Below, in pieces: positions 42,493 to 54,041 of a stretch of 64,000 bases of DNA. A model generated the notes under the pieces. The model was given only the letters and a program-made list of their open reading frames with translations. It searched no databases and was not told the DNA's origin. How positions within the stretch are numbered: position 1 is the stretch's first letter; each line of letters begins with the position of its first letter. The position numbers were made by a program, and so were the translations under genes. This DNA comes from Candidatus Latescibacterota bacterium. Lineage in GTDB: Bacteria > Latescibacterota > UBA2968 > GCA-2709665. The DNA lies in the NCBI GenBank assembly GCA_965226795.1, contig CBDDDZ010000005.1, forward strand, positions 1,536,001-1,600,000. The letters are read 5' to 3'.

Positions 42493-43197
42493 TTACCCCA
42501 TCAAGTCCACTGGATTATCGGCGGGCACCGGCCGCGCGCCAAAGTCGATGAGGTGCGCATTGTCATCGGAAGCCAGCGCGAAAACCGGCTTTCCGTCCGA
42601 AAGCGCCTCTCTGCACAGTGCCTCGGTTTTTCCACCGACTTCGGCGTGGGCGATCAGAATACGGTCCACAAGCGCGGCGACACGTTCGTTACGCTCCACG
42701 GATGTGGCTGCCGTCGGGCGGCGAATACGGTCGTCGAAAAAGGACAGAATCAACAGGCGACCGTCCTCAAGCGGTTCTTTCCAGTGCTTCTGAATCCGCA
42801 TCCTGCCAAGCCCTCGGGCCGGACAGACAACGACACGCGCTGAACCCCGAAATAGAAGATCCAGAAATTCCCTTTCCATCGGGGACTGTAATCCCCCCAC
42901 AACCGTCACGCCGGTATCCCGCAGCGCCCGCGCGAGATCGAACGTCTTCAGGATCACGTCGCCAGGACAACGTATTGAACAGAAGAAACCGATCAACCGT
43001 CCCTCAAGTATCCCTGGATCCCCCAAAAGCGCGACCGGCGTCTCTCCCCCGGCGCCGGCGCATCGCCTAAACACCGCCGGCATATCCGGCGCGCCTTTAT
43101 CGAAACGTGTGATTTTCAATTGATCAGTTCCGGAGCCATTTAAGGGATTCATTCTATTCGAGCGCGATGTCGGCTTGACGATTCTCGCCTCGGGCAA
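42493..43197 (-). CDS. DprA/Smf-like Rossmann-fold protein (start uncertain, possibly 43083 or 43152)
   Basis: GFFCSIRCPGDVIL...VVGGLQSPMERE...RNERVAALVDRILIAHAEVGGKTE. Confidence 0.75.
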   Translation of the reverse strand: MPEARIVKPTSRSNRMNPLNGSGTDQLKITRFDKGAPDMPAVFRRCAGAGGETPVALLGDPGILEGRLIGFFCSIRCPGDVILKTFDLARALRDTGVTVVGGLQSPMEREFLDLLFRGSARVVVCPARGLGRMRIQKHWKEPLEDGRLLILSFFDDRIRRPTAATSVERNERVAALVDRILIAHAEVGGKTEALCREALSDGKPVFALASDDNAHLIDFGARPVPADNPVDLMG

Positions 43198-43223
43198 TGG
43201 GGATCACATAAAATGCCCACTTT

Positions 43224-43448
43224 TCACGCGAACTCATAGAGCGGCACTATTGTTGCCGGCTGGCGGTCCTCCTCCAGCAGGCGTTCAATCCTTCGAACCG
43301 TGTCGAGATTCAGCAGCACATCGCCGCAGAAAGAACAAACCTCAGCCGGAACATGGTCGATTACGATCACCTGGCCATCGCGCCGTACGGTGTGCGTAAT
43401 GTCTCTCGTTTCGTATTCTCCGGGGCATCCGTCGATGCTGCATTTCAT
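43224..43448 (-). CDS. YgiT-type zinc finger protein (MqsA N-terminal-like)
   Basis: CSIDGC...IDHVPAEVCSFCGD. Confidence 0.85.
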   Translation of the reverse strand: MKCSIDGCPGEYETRDITHTVRRDGQVIVIDHVPAEVCSFCGDVLLNLDTVRRIERLLEEDRQPATIVPLYEFA

Positions 43449-43738
43449 ACGTACAGTGCTTCCTGTTCGATGCGTTGAATGAACGGAGTTCGGAGGTTCT
43501 TACTCAGTCGGCGGATATCCACCTTACATCCAAGGGCTTGCTCTATGTAAATGTGAAGCCCGGCCAGATCGTCGAACCTCGGTTCTTTCAGCTCTGCCAC
43601 GAGGTCGACGTCACTATCTGCCTGTTGCATCCCGGAAGCATAGGGCCCATTTAGTCCGATCCGCCGGACGCCGAATCGACGCTCTAACTCAGGTTTGCTG
43701 TGGGCAAGAAACCTGAGAATGTCTTGCCTCGATTTCAT
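43445..43738 (-). CDS. Minimal nucleotidyltransferase (MntA-like)
   Basis: FGVRRIGLNGPYASG...DSDVDL...LGCKVDI; the GS motif is altered to GP. Confidence 0.85.
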   Translation of the reverse strand: MKSRQDILRFLAHSKPELERRFGVRRIGLNGPYASGMQQADSDVDLVAELKEPRFDDLAGLHIYIEQALGCKVDIRRLSKNLRTPFIQRIEQEALYV

Positions 43739-43844
43739 TGTCGCTTCTCAAATTGTGGGTGGGCGCGTTCTGAATGGATTGGCGTTTGAAGAGAAAGAAG
43801 CAATTCTCTTGCCACAAGATCACCCGAATGGTTGAATTCAAATA

Positions 43845-46800
43845 TCACGTCCAAGGGCCTATGCCTTCAGTGATCTTGCGATACAGGAAATTCTGATCGA
43901 ACTCTTTCTCACGTTCCTTGCAGGCGCGTTTCAGGTCATCTCTGTTAGGGCGGATATTGGCCATCTTCAATTTAAAGAAACCGCCTTTTTCCGAAACGGC
44001 ATCGATTTCTTGTCGAATCCACGTCCAAATTCGCCGATCTGCTGAGCGTAGAAACAAAACCCACGCAGCGTACGCAGCAGCCGGATCCGTAGCGTCGAGG
44101 TAGACTTTCCACCAATGGCGAGCACAAGCCTCGATCCACCTTGAACGAGCTGACCTACGTTCGAGCCCCGCATTGGTGGTCTTTAGTTCGCCGTCAGGCC
44201 AAGCCTCGACAATAGGCAGTGGATTTTCCGCGCGGAAACCATCCAAGACCGTTGCACGCGCCTGCCTCCAAGCATACGGTGACGACCGGTCTTTCTGGAT
44301 GACCTCGTTGAGCCATTTTGTCTTGCCATTATCAGTTGCGGCAATCGCGATATTGAATAACGCAAGGTCGTCGGTGCGGTCGTACATTAGTTCTGCAACC
44401 TCATCTCTTAGTTTATTCACCTCAGGTGAATCCGGGACTCGGAAGACCATATGGACAAGGTCATCGACACCGGCAGCGCCTATGTAACTCGTTCTCAGGG
44501 TTTCACTCAGGACGCCCCACAACCGTACGCCTCGAGCGGGATCGTGTATCAGAAGGGCCTCGCAGCGCGTCAGAAATGCTCCCTCAGCCCGATGCACGCG
44601 GTTTTCGAATCCGCTGTTGGTTCGGAGTAACCATCAAGCCAGCGGTCGACATAATCCGATGCAAGTTCGATAACGGGCTCGAAATCCATATAATCAAGTA
44701 TTGCTTGAAAGAGTGTAACTCCGTTCCGTCGCGCTTCTTCTATTCGAGTAGCGGCAGTTTCGATTGCACGTCGATGCGCCTGTACGTACGCTTCTTGATC
44801 CAACGCGAGTTGCATAGCCTCGACTTCGTTGTCGCTCCGTCGGAGTTTCACTGAATACGAAAATGGCAGGAAGTCGACTCGAGTAACGTCGATAGACAAA
44901 TCCGATCCTGGATCAAGATCCCGTACTTCAACGCCGGTTAATGCCGCATCAAAGATGGCTGCCGCAGTCCGGACACCATGGGTATCGGCTTTGCGTCGTC
45001 GCGCAGCCTCAAGCAATCGCCACGGCGCTAATCTGGGTGCCAACTCTTCGAAAGAAACGGACGAGGAAACGTTGATCAGAGAATCAGTTCCATAGTGATT
45101 GACGTAGATGTGTCGGTTGGGATTCCACGACCAACCGTCCTTCAGGAGTTGGCAACCGAATCTATACGAGTCCGCCTGATTCAGTATAATGAAAGCGAGC
45201 TTCGCATAATCATCATCGTGATGCATTGCAAACATTTGAATCCACGACCACGCATAATCGTCGAGTGCGGCGGGTCGGACCGCCAGGAGTTTGAGCAGAT
45301 CGCGCTGCTGCTTTTGTGGGGCTGGGTCGTACCGTTTGACAAGCGCGGATACGTCGTCGGCCGTCAACGGCTTTAAAACGTGAGAAAAGTCCAATAGGAT
45401 GTCCTTTAGGTCGGCTTGAATCAAAGTTTCAATCTGCTTCTGGCCAGGCAGATTACGAATCTCCATCAACAAAAGCCGACTTGCGGCGTGAAATTCATTA
45501 ACTTCGTCAACATCGCGTCCCTTACGGCGAAGCGCATTTGCCGCGGTAGCTTCAGCGTCACCCGAAAGAAGAAAATGAGCCTTCGTCGGAAACGCGCTCC
45601 AGTATCGGATATCTATTGGGCATGCTTCAAGGATTTGCAGTTTGCGTCGGACCAGAGCCGCAAGCAGATCCGGTGCAAATCGAGCAAGCGCGGGCAAAAG
45701 TTGGTCAAAGTTAAGGTCATCTTTGGTCCTCCCTCGGGATCGGTCCAATTTCTCAACGTCAATGGTCCCCGCCAAGCCACGAAGTTCCGATACGAAGTCG
45801 TCAGATGGCACAAAGGTGGGATCGAGCCACAGCTCCCCTATTCTCTTGACCCTTGATTGGACCGCCAATCCACTATCCTGAAGAACGACATGAGCGTGTC
45901 TTCGTTCCAGCGGAAACATGCTTCGGCGTGGATTTGACAAATAATCTCGCTTGTAGTCGAAGGCGCGACCGATGTCTGGATCAGACGTGCTGCTACTCTG
46001 TCGTCCTGCTCGTAGCCGGTCAGCCAAAGCAGCAGCGCAGCGACTCGTTTCGGTAAATGCGGATGGATCCCATTTTCAGGATCGCGTCGCCGCACTCTGT
46101 CTGATAAACCACGCAACTCCTTAGCAGTTTCTTCGGGATCGGCTTCGTTAAACAGACAGAGCCATTTCAACGCATCCCAGCATCCACTATGATCTCCGGC
46201 GGCAAGGGCAGTGGCCGCTGCCTCAAGTGTCGGCATCCCTTTGCACAGTGAAAAGCCTTCAAGTATCGAAGGCACTGTCGATTTAACGAGACCTGGGTAA
46301 CGATCGACGAGGTTAAGTGGGACGCCGTCAACTGAAATTGGACCAGCGGAGTCGGTGCCGATCAGTTTCGCGAGTGCATCTGCCCTCCATTTTCTTTGCT
46401 CATCGCTCCGATTTCGTCGGGTATCAATGTCGCGGTAAACGGTTCCCATCCAGCGTCGTGTACGCTCAACAATTACTTTAAGGGCAGCATCGTCGGTCCT
46501 CGGAATTACACGCAGTGCTTTCACGGCCCAATGACGGGCCGACTCGTGAACATCGGTGTCCGAGTATTCAACAGCATCAAGCAGGGCTCCCGTGAGATTC
46601 GGCGCAAGGTCAACGACTTCCTGCCGATGCGCGTCGGTAACATTACTGTGCTTGTAACCACGCCGTTAGTAGAACTCCGGTTGCTGGCGTTGTCCCGCGG
46701 CCCTGTTCAATCAGGATTGACACTCCCGCACGAAGAATCTCCGCAGTATGATCGAATCCCGCGATCGGATCAAGCCATCGTGCCAATTCAACGTCGAGGG

Positions 46801-48496
46801 CTTCGAAGTCAATTGAGGATTGCTGATCAAGATGTTGCAGAAGGGTAACGCCAAGCGCATGTGCAACCACCGGCGGCGTAAGTTTGAGGTCGCCCGCGGG
46901 CGTCCGCATTGCAAACCGTCCATCGATGATATCACTCAGGCGTGCATACACTTCGAGTGCAGAAAGATCGGGTCGGTCGACTGACTCTCCAAGCGAATTC
47001 ATCGAATAGTGTCGAATGCCGTCTCGATAGCGCTGTGCAACGCTTTTCGACCAAGATAGCCACTCGTCTTCACTAAACGACCTTTCAGACCGTACGCCAA
47101 GTCTGTCACGGCCATATTCCCACAGCAGTCGGTGCAACGTTATTTGTCCAGCCTCGCCCAACCGTTGTCTGAATCGCACAACCAGTTCAAAAAGGCGGGG
47201 CGTGCGTGCCATTTCAAGCACATCCCGATGCAGGTCGTCACGTGCAAGTTCCTCGAATGCGAGCATCTGGTCGAGTTCACCACCAGATTCCGCATCGTAG
47301 CTGTTTATTTTAATTGGTACGGCCGGACAAATGAGGCCCTTCAGCTTAGACAGCCTATTTTCGAAATGGTGCCGTCGCGTGCTGACAATAACACGTATTC
47401 TGCCAGCAAAAGGCTCGGATTGCAGAACTTTCAGCAAATTCAACCATAAAACTGATGGCTGTTGATTCAAGCCATCGAACAAAATGGTAAATGCAGGACC
47501 TTCATGCTCTGGACGTTTAAGGAGACGGTCGAGGCGACGGTGCCAATGATTAGGGCCGCGTTCGTGTGTTAACGCATAGAGACGCTCAGCCAGCAAACGC
47601 CTTAGATCGGTATCGGATAACCGCAGATTGCCTACAACTGCCGACGATGGAATTGTCAATATGACAGATTGCTTGATCTTAGTTTCTAACAGCCAGTCCA
47701 ACGTCGCCCAGGTCTTGCCAACGCCTTCGAGACCCATCACGACCGCAGGGGCGTCATGCCGTGCGGGTCCATGCCACCAGTGGTTCAGCGAGTCGTGTAC
47801 ATTCTCGCGCCTGACCTTCTTTGTTGTGGCTCCTCCCGCGACGTTCTGTCCGAACACCGCAACGGACCGTCTCGGGCAGTTCCAGATTTCGTCTAGTATT
47901 TCGTGGGATTTTTGTCGCAACGATGCGAATCCAAGACACCAGGATTGGAGGTTGCTTTTCAATCGTTCAATGGCGTCATCAGATGCAGACTGCAGGTCAC
48001 GAGCAGCGTCAGCAGCGGAGGCGGAAAGGAACTCGCCAACCACCTCAGGAGAAAACGCGCACAGTGCAGCAAGCGGCGTCATGCCAAAGTCAGTCCAATC
48101 GATGATCAAAACGGGAACGCCATTCTTGCCACCATGCTGATCAAACGATTGAACGATCTTCTCGTTTACAGTACACGTCGCGCACAGAAACCAGCCTTCC
48201 AATGCCTCATCGCGTGCCAGGGCCTGGTCGACTTCGCCAAGTAGTTCGCGTTCGCTCAAGCGCGTCTTATTACCGTACCTTTTGCATTCCAGGCGAAACC
48301 GCCTTCCCTGTTGTCCCGCAGGTCCGGCATCAGCGCCGTGCTGAAAGCCGGAACTGGCGACTGCTATTGGCACGTCGAGCAGGCGCCCGATCAAAGCGGC
48401 TACTAGCTTCTCGAATCTGGACGAGTCCTTCTCGTTCCGAAGCTCATGTTTAAGTTTGTCTAATGCTTCGGAAACCGACAACATTACGATGCCCAA
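43845..48496 (-). pseudogene. About 1550-aa restriction-endonuclease-like + P-loop NTPase + helical-repeat protein (Avs/STAND-like), 3 frameshifts
   Basis: FEKLV...GADAG...LECKRY nuclease motif, GLEGVGKT Walker A, ILFDGLNQ Walker B; frame breaks near 46645, 45985 and 44610 join four ORFs. Confidence 0.7.
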
Positions 48497-48704
48497 CGTG
48501 TAAATATCTCGTGAGCCAATCTCCCCACCGAGTTAAACGTTGTATATTGGGTGGAGAGGAGAGCGTGGGTTGCGGTCAAGAATCGATGTTGTAGAGAATT
48601 GCAGAGAGCGGTCTCTGGTTGTGGAAGTCCCGTACGGGATGTCTACAACGCCGAGGCCTGATCCCGATGTTCAGAAGTGCGCGAACATTGCCATTTTCGA
48701 ATAC

Positions 48705-49691
48705 CTATACTCCGACACCTCGTAATTCGTTTCCGAGGATGAGGTTTTCTGGGGCGGGAACCCAATTATCTTCAGTGGGAACAAGTAGTTGAGCCCTAAG
48801 TTGCCGCTTGTACCGTAGGAGTCCATCTGCCCTCCCCATATTTCGCAAATGTCTGGCCCTTGCAGAGTTCAAATGGATTGAGTAGTCGCCGTCAACATAA
48901 AGTAGTCCCGTGTCGTACGATCGATGATGTAGAGTGCAAAGGGCCAAGCCATTGCTGAGTGCATCGAGGCCTTTTGGATGAGCATGAGGAACAATGTGGG
49001 CAGCATCCACAAGATCCAATTGAATCCCGCACATTGCACACGTGTGAGCATATCCATCCAACACCATTTGCCTGAACTGAGCGCTTCGAGGATATGCAAT
49101 ACGGGTTATAGTGACTCTTTGTCGGTTTACCACAACTCGTCTGTAAAGGGGCTGTCCGAGCGGGGTTTTACAATGAACCTCGAACAACTCTCGGAGCTCT
49201 TCGTCGTCGGCTTGATGAAGCACCGATGAGTTTTCAACATACAAACCGATGAGGTCGGGCCGGAAGTTGATCACGTTTTGCCTGTCGGTATCGATATACG
49301 TAGAGAATCCCTTTGTCATAGCCGTACGCATCGATGATAAACGCGTATAAATGGAAAACCGTTGGGCTCGCGGGTTACGTTCCAGGAATCTATCTGGATC
49401 CCACGCACTAAACCCCTTCACATCTGCGGAAAATCCTAAGACCAATACTGTGTCGCCGGTTTGCTTGTCGTTGATTAATTTCGTAGGCAGATGGCCTGGG
49501 CACTGGATTCGGTATTCATCTGGATCAGTGCGTTTAGCAAAGTGGACGTTACCAATGAATACCGAAAGATATCGTCCTTTATAATAGAATCGGTACGGGT
49601 TATCTCCACCGGCGAAGTAGACAGCATGCGTGTGCAGGCGGAAGGCGTCGAATAACGCATGAAATAGGTCTGTCTTGCCGAGTAGAGTCAT
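48705..49691 (-). CDS. HNH endonuclease (type IV restriction-like)
   Basis: FRQMVLDGYAHTCAMCG...DAAHIVP...NGLALCTLHHRSYD; start inferred at MTLLGK. Confidence 0.85.
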   Translation of the reverse strand: MTLLGKTDLFHALFDAFRLHTHAVYFAGGDNPYRFYYKGRYLSVFIGNVHFAKRTDPDEYRIQCPGHLPTKLINDKQTGDTVLVLGFSADVKGFSAWDPDRFLERNPRAQRFSIYTRLSSMRTAMTKGFSTYIDTDRQNVINFRPDLIGLYVENSSVLHQADDEELRELFEVHCKTPLGQPLYRRVVVNRQRVTITRIAYPRSAQFRQMVLDGYAHTCAMCGIQLDLVDAAHIVPHAHPKGLDALSNGLALCTLHHRSYDTGLLYVDGDYSIHLNSARARHLRNMGRADGLLRYKRQLRAQLLVPTEDNWVPAPENLILGNELRGVGV

Positions 49692-49710
49692 TTCGGATAA
49701 GCCTCGTTGA

Positions 49711-52700
49711 TCAAGCAGACGAAATCTTTTCGACAATTCGAGAATCGATCGAGTATGTCGACGATATCCATTCGTCAATTTCGCGCAAACGACGATCGGC
49801 GTACAGCTCAGTGAGGCTTGATGGCATGAATCGTTCCTTTATCGAAGTAGGTATATTCTTCTCACCGGCATCCCGGTTTATACCGCGCACGAGTGAAACG
49901 AATGAGAACAACTCTTTAAGATCAACCCAACTTGCACCAATTCCTGAAAGGAACACGAAGTCGGCCCTTCTCGTTAGCGACGATAGACGTTGGTAGTTGA
50001 AATTGCCGATGTATTTGCCGGCGTTCTTCTTGAAGACAAGTGCAGAATATCTATAATTGTTCAGCACCTCTCCGATGATTGCCAATCGATGCAAATGATC
50101 CTTTGGGATCGAAGTGACCGGTGCAACGAGATCCTCAAGTAACCAATTTGTGACGTGGAATCCATCACCCCTCGTTAGCCAATACCAGAAACCCGCGTCG
50201 CCCCCTGTGATCGCGAGAGCCGCGAAGGCCTCCTCTTTCGAACCCAACGTCACCCAGCCGGATTGCGACGGAACATGAACACTTCGGCCATCGGGGTGCA
50301 ATACTGGTGGCGGCTCAATATACGTGGAGATGAAATTGCGCGCGGTTGGCGAGAATCCCAACTTGAAGGATTCACCACGTAGACCGTGTCCGGAAGTTAA
50401 AACTGAAGTAGAAAACTGATTGTGCATTGCTAATAATTTCGCTCCAAAACGGTTCGTTAGGCGGGGAATGCCGAAAGTTTCGTTCGGCATCACATCATCG
50501 ACTTTGTTGTAGGATATATTGTCCAACAGATAATCACGATAGGCTGCGCGCCACCTGTATAGCCGGGTAGCAAACGAACCGATTTTTCGAGCGGTGGTAG
50601 TTAGCCAGATTGTGCATCTCTGGCTAACTCCAGAAAACAGTGCGGCCGGTATGTTATCGAACGAAGAAAACCAGTGAGTCCCGGTGTTAGCCAAAAGTTC
50701 ACGTAGACCTGAAAATTCAAAGCTAAATGTCGTTGAAAGAGGAACAATTAACCCACGGCGTCCGCACCGGCTTGTTATGCGGTGTGATTGTACGACCACG
50801 TAACCATATATATCGGGGAATCTTAAGCTCGTGGTAGACCGTACTCTATAACCAACCGACTTTCGGTTTACGTAGGGAGGATTTCCGACAAGCACGTCAA
50901 ATCCGCCCTGTCGCATGATGCCGTAGAATTCGACAAACCAATGGAATGGCTGGTGACTGATACGCCATTGCTCATAGGAAGCCGTGTCGCTTTCTTGAAC
51001 GCCGTACTCGCTTGCCAAATATCGATCCAATTGTTGACGCAGATCATCTAATCGTCTTCGCAATTCTAACTTCGCATTGACGAAAGCACCGGCGTCCATG
51101 TTCAAGCCGATCTGCATCGTGTGGAATATGCGAAAAGCCCGGTTTGCTAATTCGGTGCGTTCTTCGATGTCGGGAAGAGATTGGACCTTGAACAAATCAC
51201 CCGTTACTGCCAGTCTCACATCGTCGAGAGACGTAAAGCCAACCAGTGTGTTGCCGGCGCGTATGTTGAAATCGATGTCAGGTAGTGGCTCAATCTGTTC
51301 GTAGCTTTCCAGTTGCGCAACGAGTTTCAAAAAGAGGCGCAATTTACAGATCTCGACGGCTTCTTCCATGATGTCAACGCCGTAGAGATTGTTGATAATG
51401 ATGGACTTCAGTATGAAGTAGCGTTCGCTGGGGTGGGACTCGACCTGTTCCAGTATCTTTCGAAAGTCGCTCATTTTCTCGGGGCGGTGTTTACGCTTAG
51501 AGCGCTTCAGATCGTCCAGTAGCCCCCGCATAACCTCAAGGCAGGCAATGTAGACGGGCTCCAGGATGTTGAGCGCCGAGAACAGGAACGCGCCGGAGCC
51601 GCAGGTAGGATCCAGTATCGACACTCCGGTAATAGCCTTCCAGAAGGCGCGGATCAGTTCAGGGCCCTCGGTACCGGCGATGACGTCCTGAGCAAACTTC
51701 TCGACGTCGAGGTTGTACGTTATCAGGTCGTTGATTTCGGTGACCTCTCCTGAGGCGAGCTTGACGTAGACCTCCTCGTAGTGCCGACGGCGGGCTACGT
51801 GCTCCCGCCAGGTTTCCGTTGGCAGGGCATAGTCGCCTGTCGCGGGTTCGTTCCAGATGCCGCGTTTCGAGACGTCGTTGAGTCCTGCTGCAATCTCCGC
51901 TGGTAGTCCGCGCTCTTCCACGAGGGCTTCGTTCTTGTGAATATCGTACGTGATCCCGTGACGGACGGCCTCGTAGAAATACCGATCCGGATCGTCCTGT
52001 AACAGCCGCCATACCCCACCGTCGGGCTTGAATGCGATGGAACAGGCCTTTTTCGCCCTGTCGAAAAGGAACGGGATAACGGTATTGCGGCTGATGTATC
52101 CGGTGATATCCTCTTTGGTGTAGTAGGCACCCATCTGCTTCTGGTTGATGTATTTCTCGAAGATGTAACCGAGCACGTCGGGGTTGATTTCGTTGTCCTT
52201 GCGCAGCGTCCGGTCATCCAGGTGCCACGTATAGGCGTCGAAGAAGTCAAAGATTCTCTCGAACGCTTCATCGGGGATTTGGATATCCGGATTGTCCTGC
52301 TCCAGATCGTGCACGTCAAACAGGCCGCCGTTAAGAAATGGCACCTTACCGAGCAACGCTGCCAACTCCGGGGGGCGATTCTCCTCCGGTTGCCCAAGAC
52401 CGTCATGGAACAACCTCAATAAAAACAGCCGGTAGAAACTGTTGAATCGCCCGTTTCCATATTGCTGCCGCACCCTTTGGAGCCGGTCCCGGAGGTATTC
52501 GGTGTTGTTGTCGAGGAACCCGCGTTTTTGAATGAAGTAGATGAACATCATTCGATTCAACATCAGCGAAGCATACCACTCACGGTCAGCAACCGTCTCA
52601 ATGCCTTCGATAAACCTCAAGAAATCCTGATGTTCCTTCTTGAATCGGTCGTAGAACCGTCTTGTGACCTTTTCTACGTCGAAGGCCGCGCGAACACGGC

Positions 52701-53160
52701 CGGATACGTCGACGATGGTAAGGTCATCTTCTTCGTCCAGTGTAAAGGCGAGATTCTCCAGCTTTTGGATCAGTCGCTCCCCTGTATCCTCCTTGCGGAA
52801 GGATTCCGACCGCAGGCGGTCGGCCTGCCCGAGTTCCCGTTTTACCCATTGCCAGGATTGCTCGGTTCGGTCGTGGGTGGCGTAAACGATGATGTGTTCA
52901 CGGACTTCCTTCGCGACGGCCTTTTCGATTTTCGTGCGGGTGGAATGGTCGGGATACGTCGTCTCGGAGTCGGCGACGAACTGGTAGGCAACCATGCCTC
53001 GTTTGTGCGCGATGGCTTCGAGGGCGACCGACCGCTCACCTACTACAATGAAGGTATCAGCGCCTCCGTGGTCCCAGCCCAGTTCTTCGATGAAGAGCGT
53101 GCGCAGGTCGAAATTTTGCAGAAGCGATTTGACTCTGTTTCGATCTAAAATTGAAGGCAC
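49711..53160 (-). CDS. Eco57I-like N6-adenine DNA methyltransferase with target recognition domain
   Basis: LGYIFE, GAYYT, motif I ILDPTCGSGAF, LYGVDI, motif IV GNPPY. Confidence 0.92.
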   Translation of the reverse strand: MPSILDRNRVKSLLQNFDLRTLFIEELGWDHGGADTFIVVGERSVALEAIAHKRGMVAYQFVADSETTYPDHSTRTKIEKAVAKEVREHIIVYATHDRTEQSWQWVKRELGQADRLRSESFRKEDTGERLIQKLENLAFTLDEEDDLTIVDVSGRVRAAFDVEKVTRRFYDRFKKEHQDFLRFIEGIETVADREWYASLMLNRMMFIYFIQKRGFLDNNTEYLRDRLQRVRQQYGNGRFNSFYRLFLLRLFHDGLGQPEENRPPELAALLGKVPFLNGGLFDVHDLEQDNPDIQIPDEAFERIFDFFDAYTWHLDDRTLRKDNEINPDVLGYIFEKYINQKQMGAYYTKEDITGYISRNTVIPFLFDRAKKACSIAFKPDGGVWRLLQDDPDRYFYEAVRHGITYDIHKNEALVEERGLPAEIAAGLNDVSKRGIWNEPATGDYALPTETWREHVARRRHYEEVYVKLASGEVTEINDLITYNLDVEKFAQDVIAGTEGPELIRAFWKAITGVSILDPTCGSGAFLFSALNILEPVYIACLEVMRGLLDDLKRSKRKHRPEKMSDFRKILEQVESHPSERYFILKSIIINNLYGVDIMEEAVEICKLRLFLKLVAQLESYEQIEPLPDIDFNIRAGNTLVGFTSLDDVRLAVTGDLFKVQSLPDIEERTELANRAFRIFHTMQIGLNMDAGAFVNAKLELRRRLDDLRQQLDRYLASEYGVQESDTASYEQWRISHQPFHWFVEFYGIMRQGGFDVLVGNPPYVNRKSVGYRVRSTTSLRFPDIYGYVVVQSHRITSRCGRRGLIVPLSTTFSFEFSGLRELLANTGTHWFSSFDNIPAALFSGVSQRCTIWLTTTARKIGSFATRLYRWRAAYRDYLLDNISYNKVDDVMPNETFGIPRLTNRFGAKLLAMHNQFSTSVLTSGHGLRGESFKLGFSPTARNFISTYIEPPPVLHPDGRSVHVPSQSGWVTLGSKEEAFAALAITGGDAGFWYWLTRGDGFHVTNWLLEDLVAPVTSIPKDHLHRLAIIGEVLNNYRYSALVFKKNAGKYIGNFNYQRLSSLTRRADFVFLSGIGASWVDLKELFSFVSLVRGINRDAGEKNIPTSIKERFMPSSLTELYADRRLREIDEWISSTYSIDSRIVEKISSA

Positions 53161-53179
53161 TCGGAAGTCTCCTGAGGCA

Positions 53180-53644
53180 TTATGCCCGAACGAGATCGAT
53201 TAGCGAAACAGCGTCGATTTCATCGAATGGTGCGAAGTCGGTCTGGTTCTGCGTTACCAGCTTTCGGATGCCATGGGTTGCCATTGTGGCAACGATATTG
53301 GCGTCATGCAACCGTTTGCCGTGTAGGCCATGTTTCAATGCAAGTTGTCGCAGTCTACGAGCGACGTCCTGGGTTTCGTCAAAGAGTTGCAGGTGACGCC
53401 GAAGCTCATTCACGTTCCCAACCGCGTCGCGTACGTTCAGACCAAGTCCGTTCGCGTCGAGGGGACGCGATGCGACAACCATGTATTCCCTTAGAATTTG
53501 CCCACTTCCGGCAAGGCGAAGACCGCGCCTACGGGACTCGGCCAGTAGCCTTATTGCTTCACGGTGTTGGGGCCGCGATTCGTCCGTCGCGGTCAAGAGC
53601 ACGTTGGTGTCCAGAAACTGAATATTACCGGCCATCATCGCCAT
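53180..53644 (-). CDS. PIN-domain (VapC-like) toxin
   Basis: FLDTNVLL...QILREY...HDANIVA...LVTQN. Confidence 0.9.
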   Translation of the reverse strand: MAMMAGNIQFLDTNVLLTATDESRPQHREAIRLLAESRRRGLRLAGSGQILREYMVVASRPLDANGLGLNVRDAVGNVNELRRHLQLFDETQDVARRLRQLALKHGLHGKRLHDANIVATMATHGIRKLVTQNQTDFAPFDEIDAVSLIDLVRA

Positions 53645-53897
53645 AGATCTCATCCCGTTTCCACGACGTCGTGTTTCCAGTCTTGACTGTCACCAGTTCG
53701 AGCATTCGGGCATCCGCGCCTGTCGTCACTGTCCTGTCCAACGCATCAAGACGGGATTCATCAATAGACCTGGGACGAAAAATGAAGCCGTCAGGCGCTT
53801 TCTCAATCTCGAGATCGTCTCCGGGACCGACCCCCAGCATGTTTAGCACCCGTTTTGGTAGGGTGACCTGACGTTCTGAGCTTATCTTGACAATCAT
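53625..53897 (-). CDS. AbrB/MazE/SpoVT-family antitoxin
   Basis: KISSERQVTLPKRVLNMLGVGPGDDLE; overlaps the PIN gene. Confidence 0.9.
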   Translation of the reverse strand: MIVKISSERQVTLPKRVLNMLGVGPGDDLEIEKAPDGFIFRPRSIDESRLDALDRTVTTGADARMLELVTVKTGNTTSWKRDEIYGDDGR

Positions 53898-54041
53898 GGG
53901 ATCCTCCTTTTAACCAGATGGTTTTTGACTTTGTTTCTGTCCAGTTTCGTTGGCATTCGGAACGTCCGGATTATAGAGTTGGTGCTGGCTTTAATCGGGC
54001 AATGATGTGGTCAGAGCGGGATTGGACCGAAACGCTTTTTT

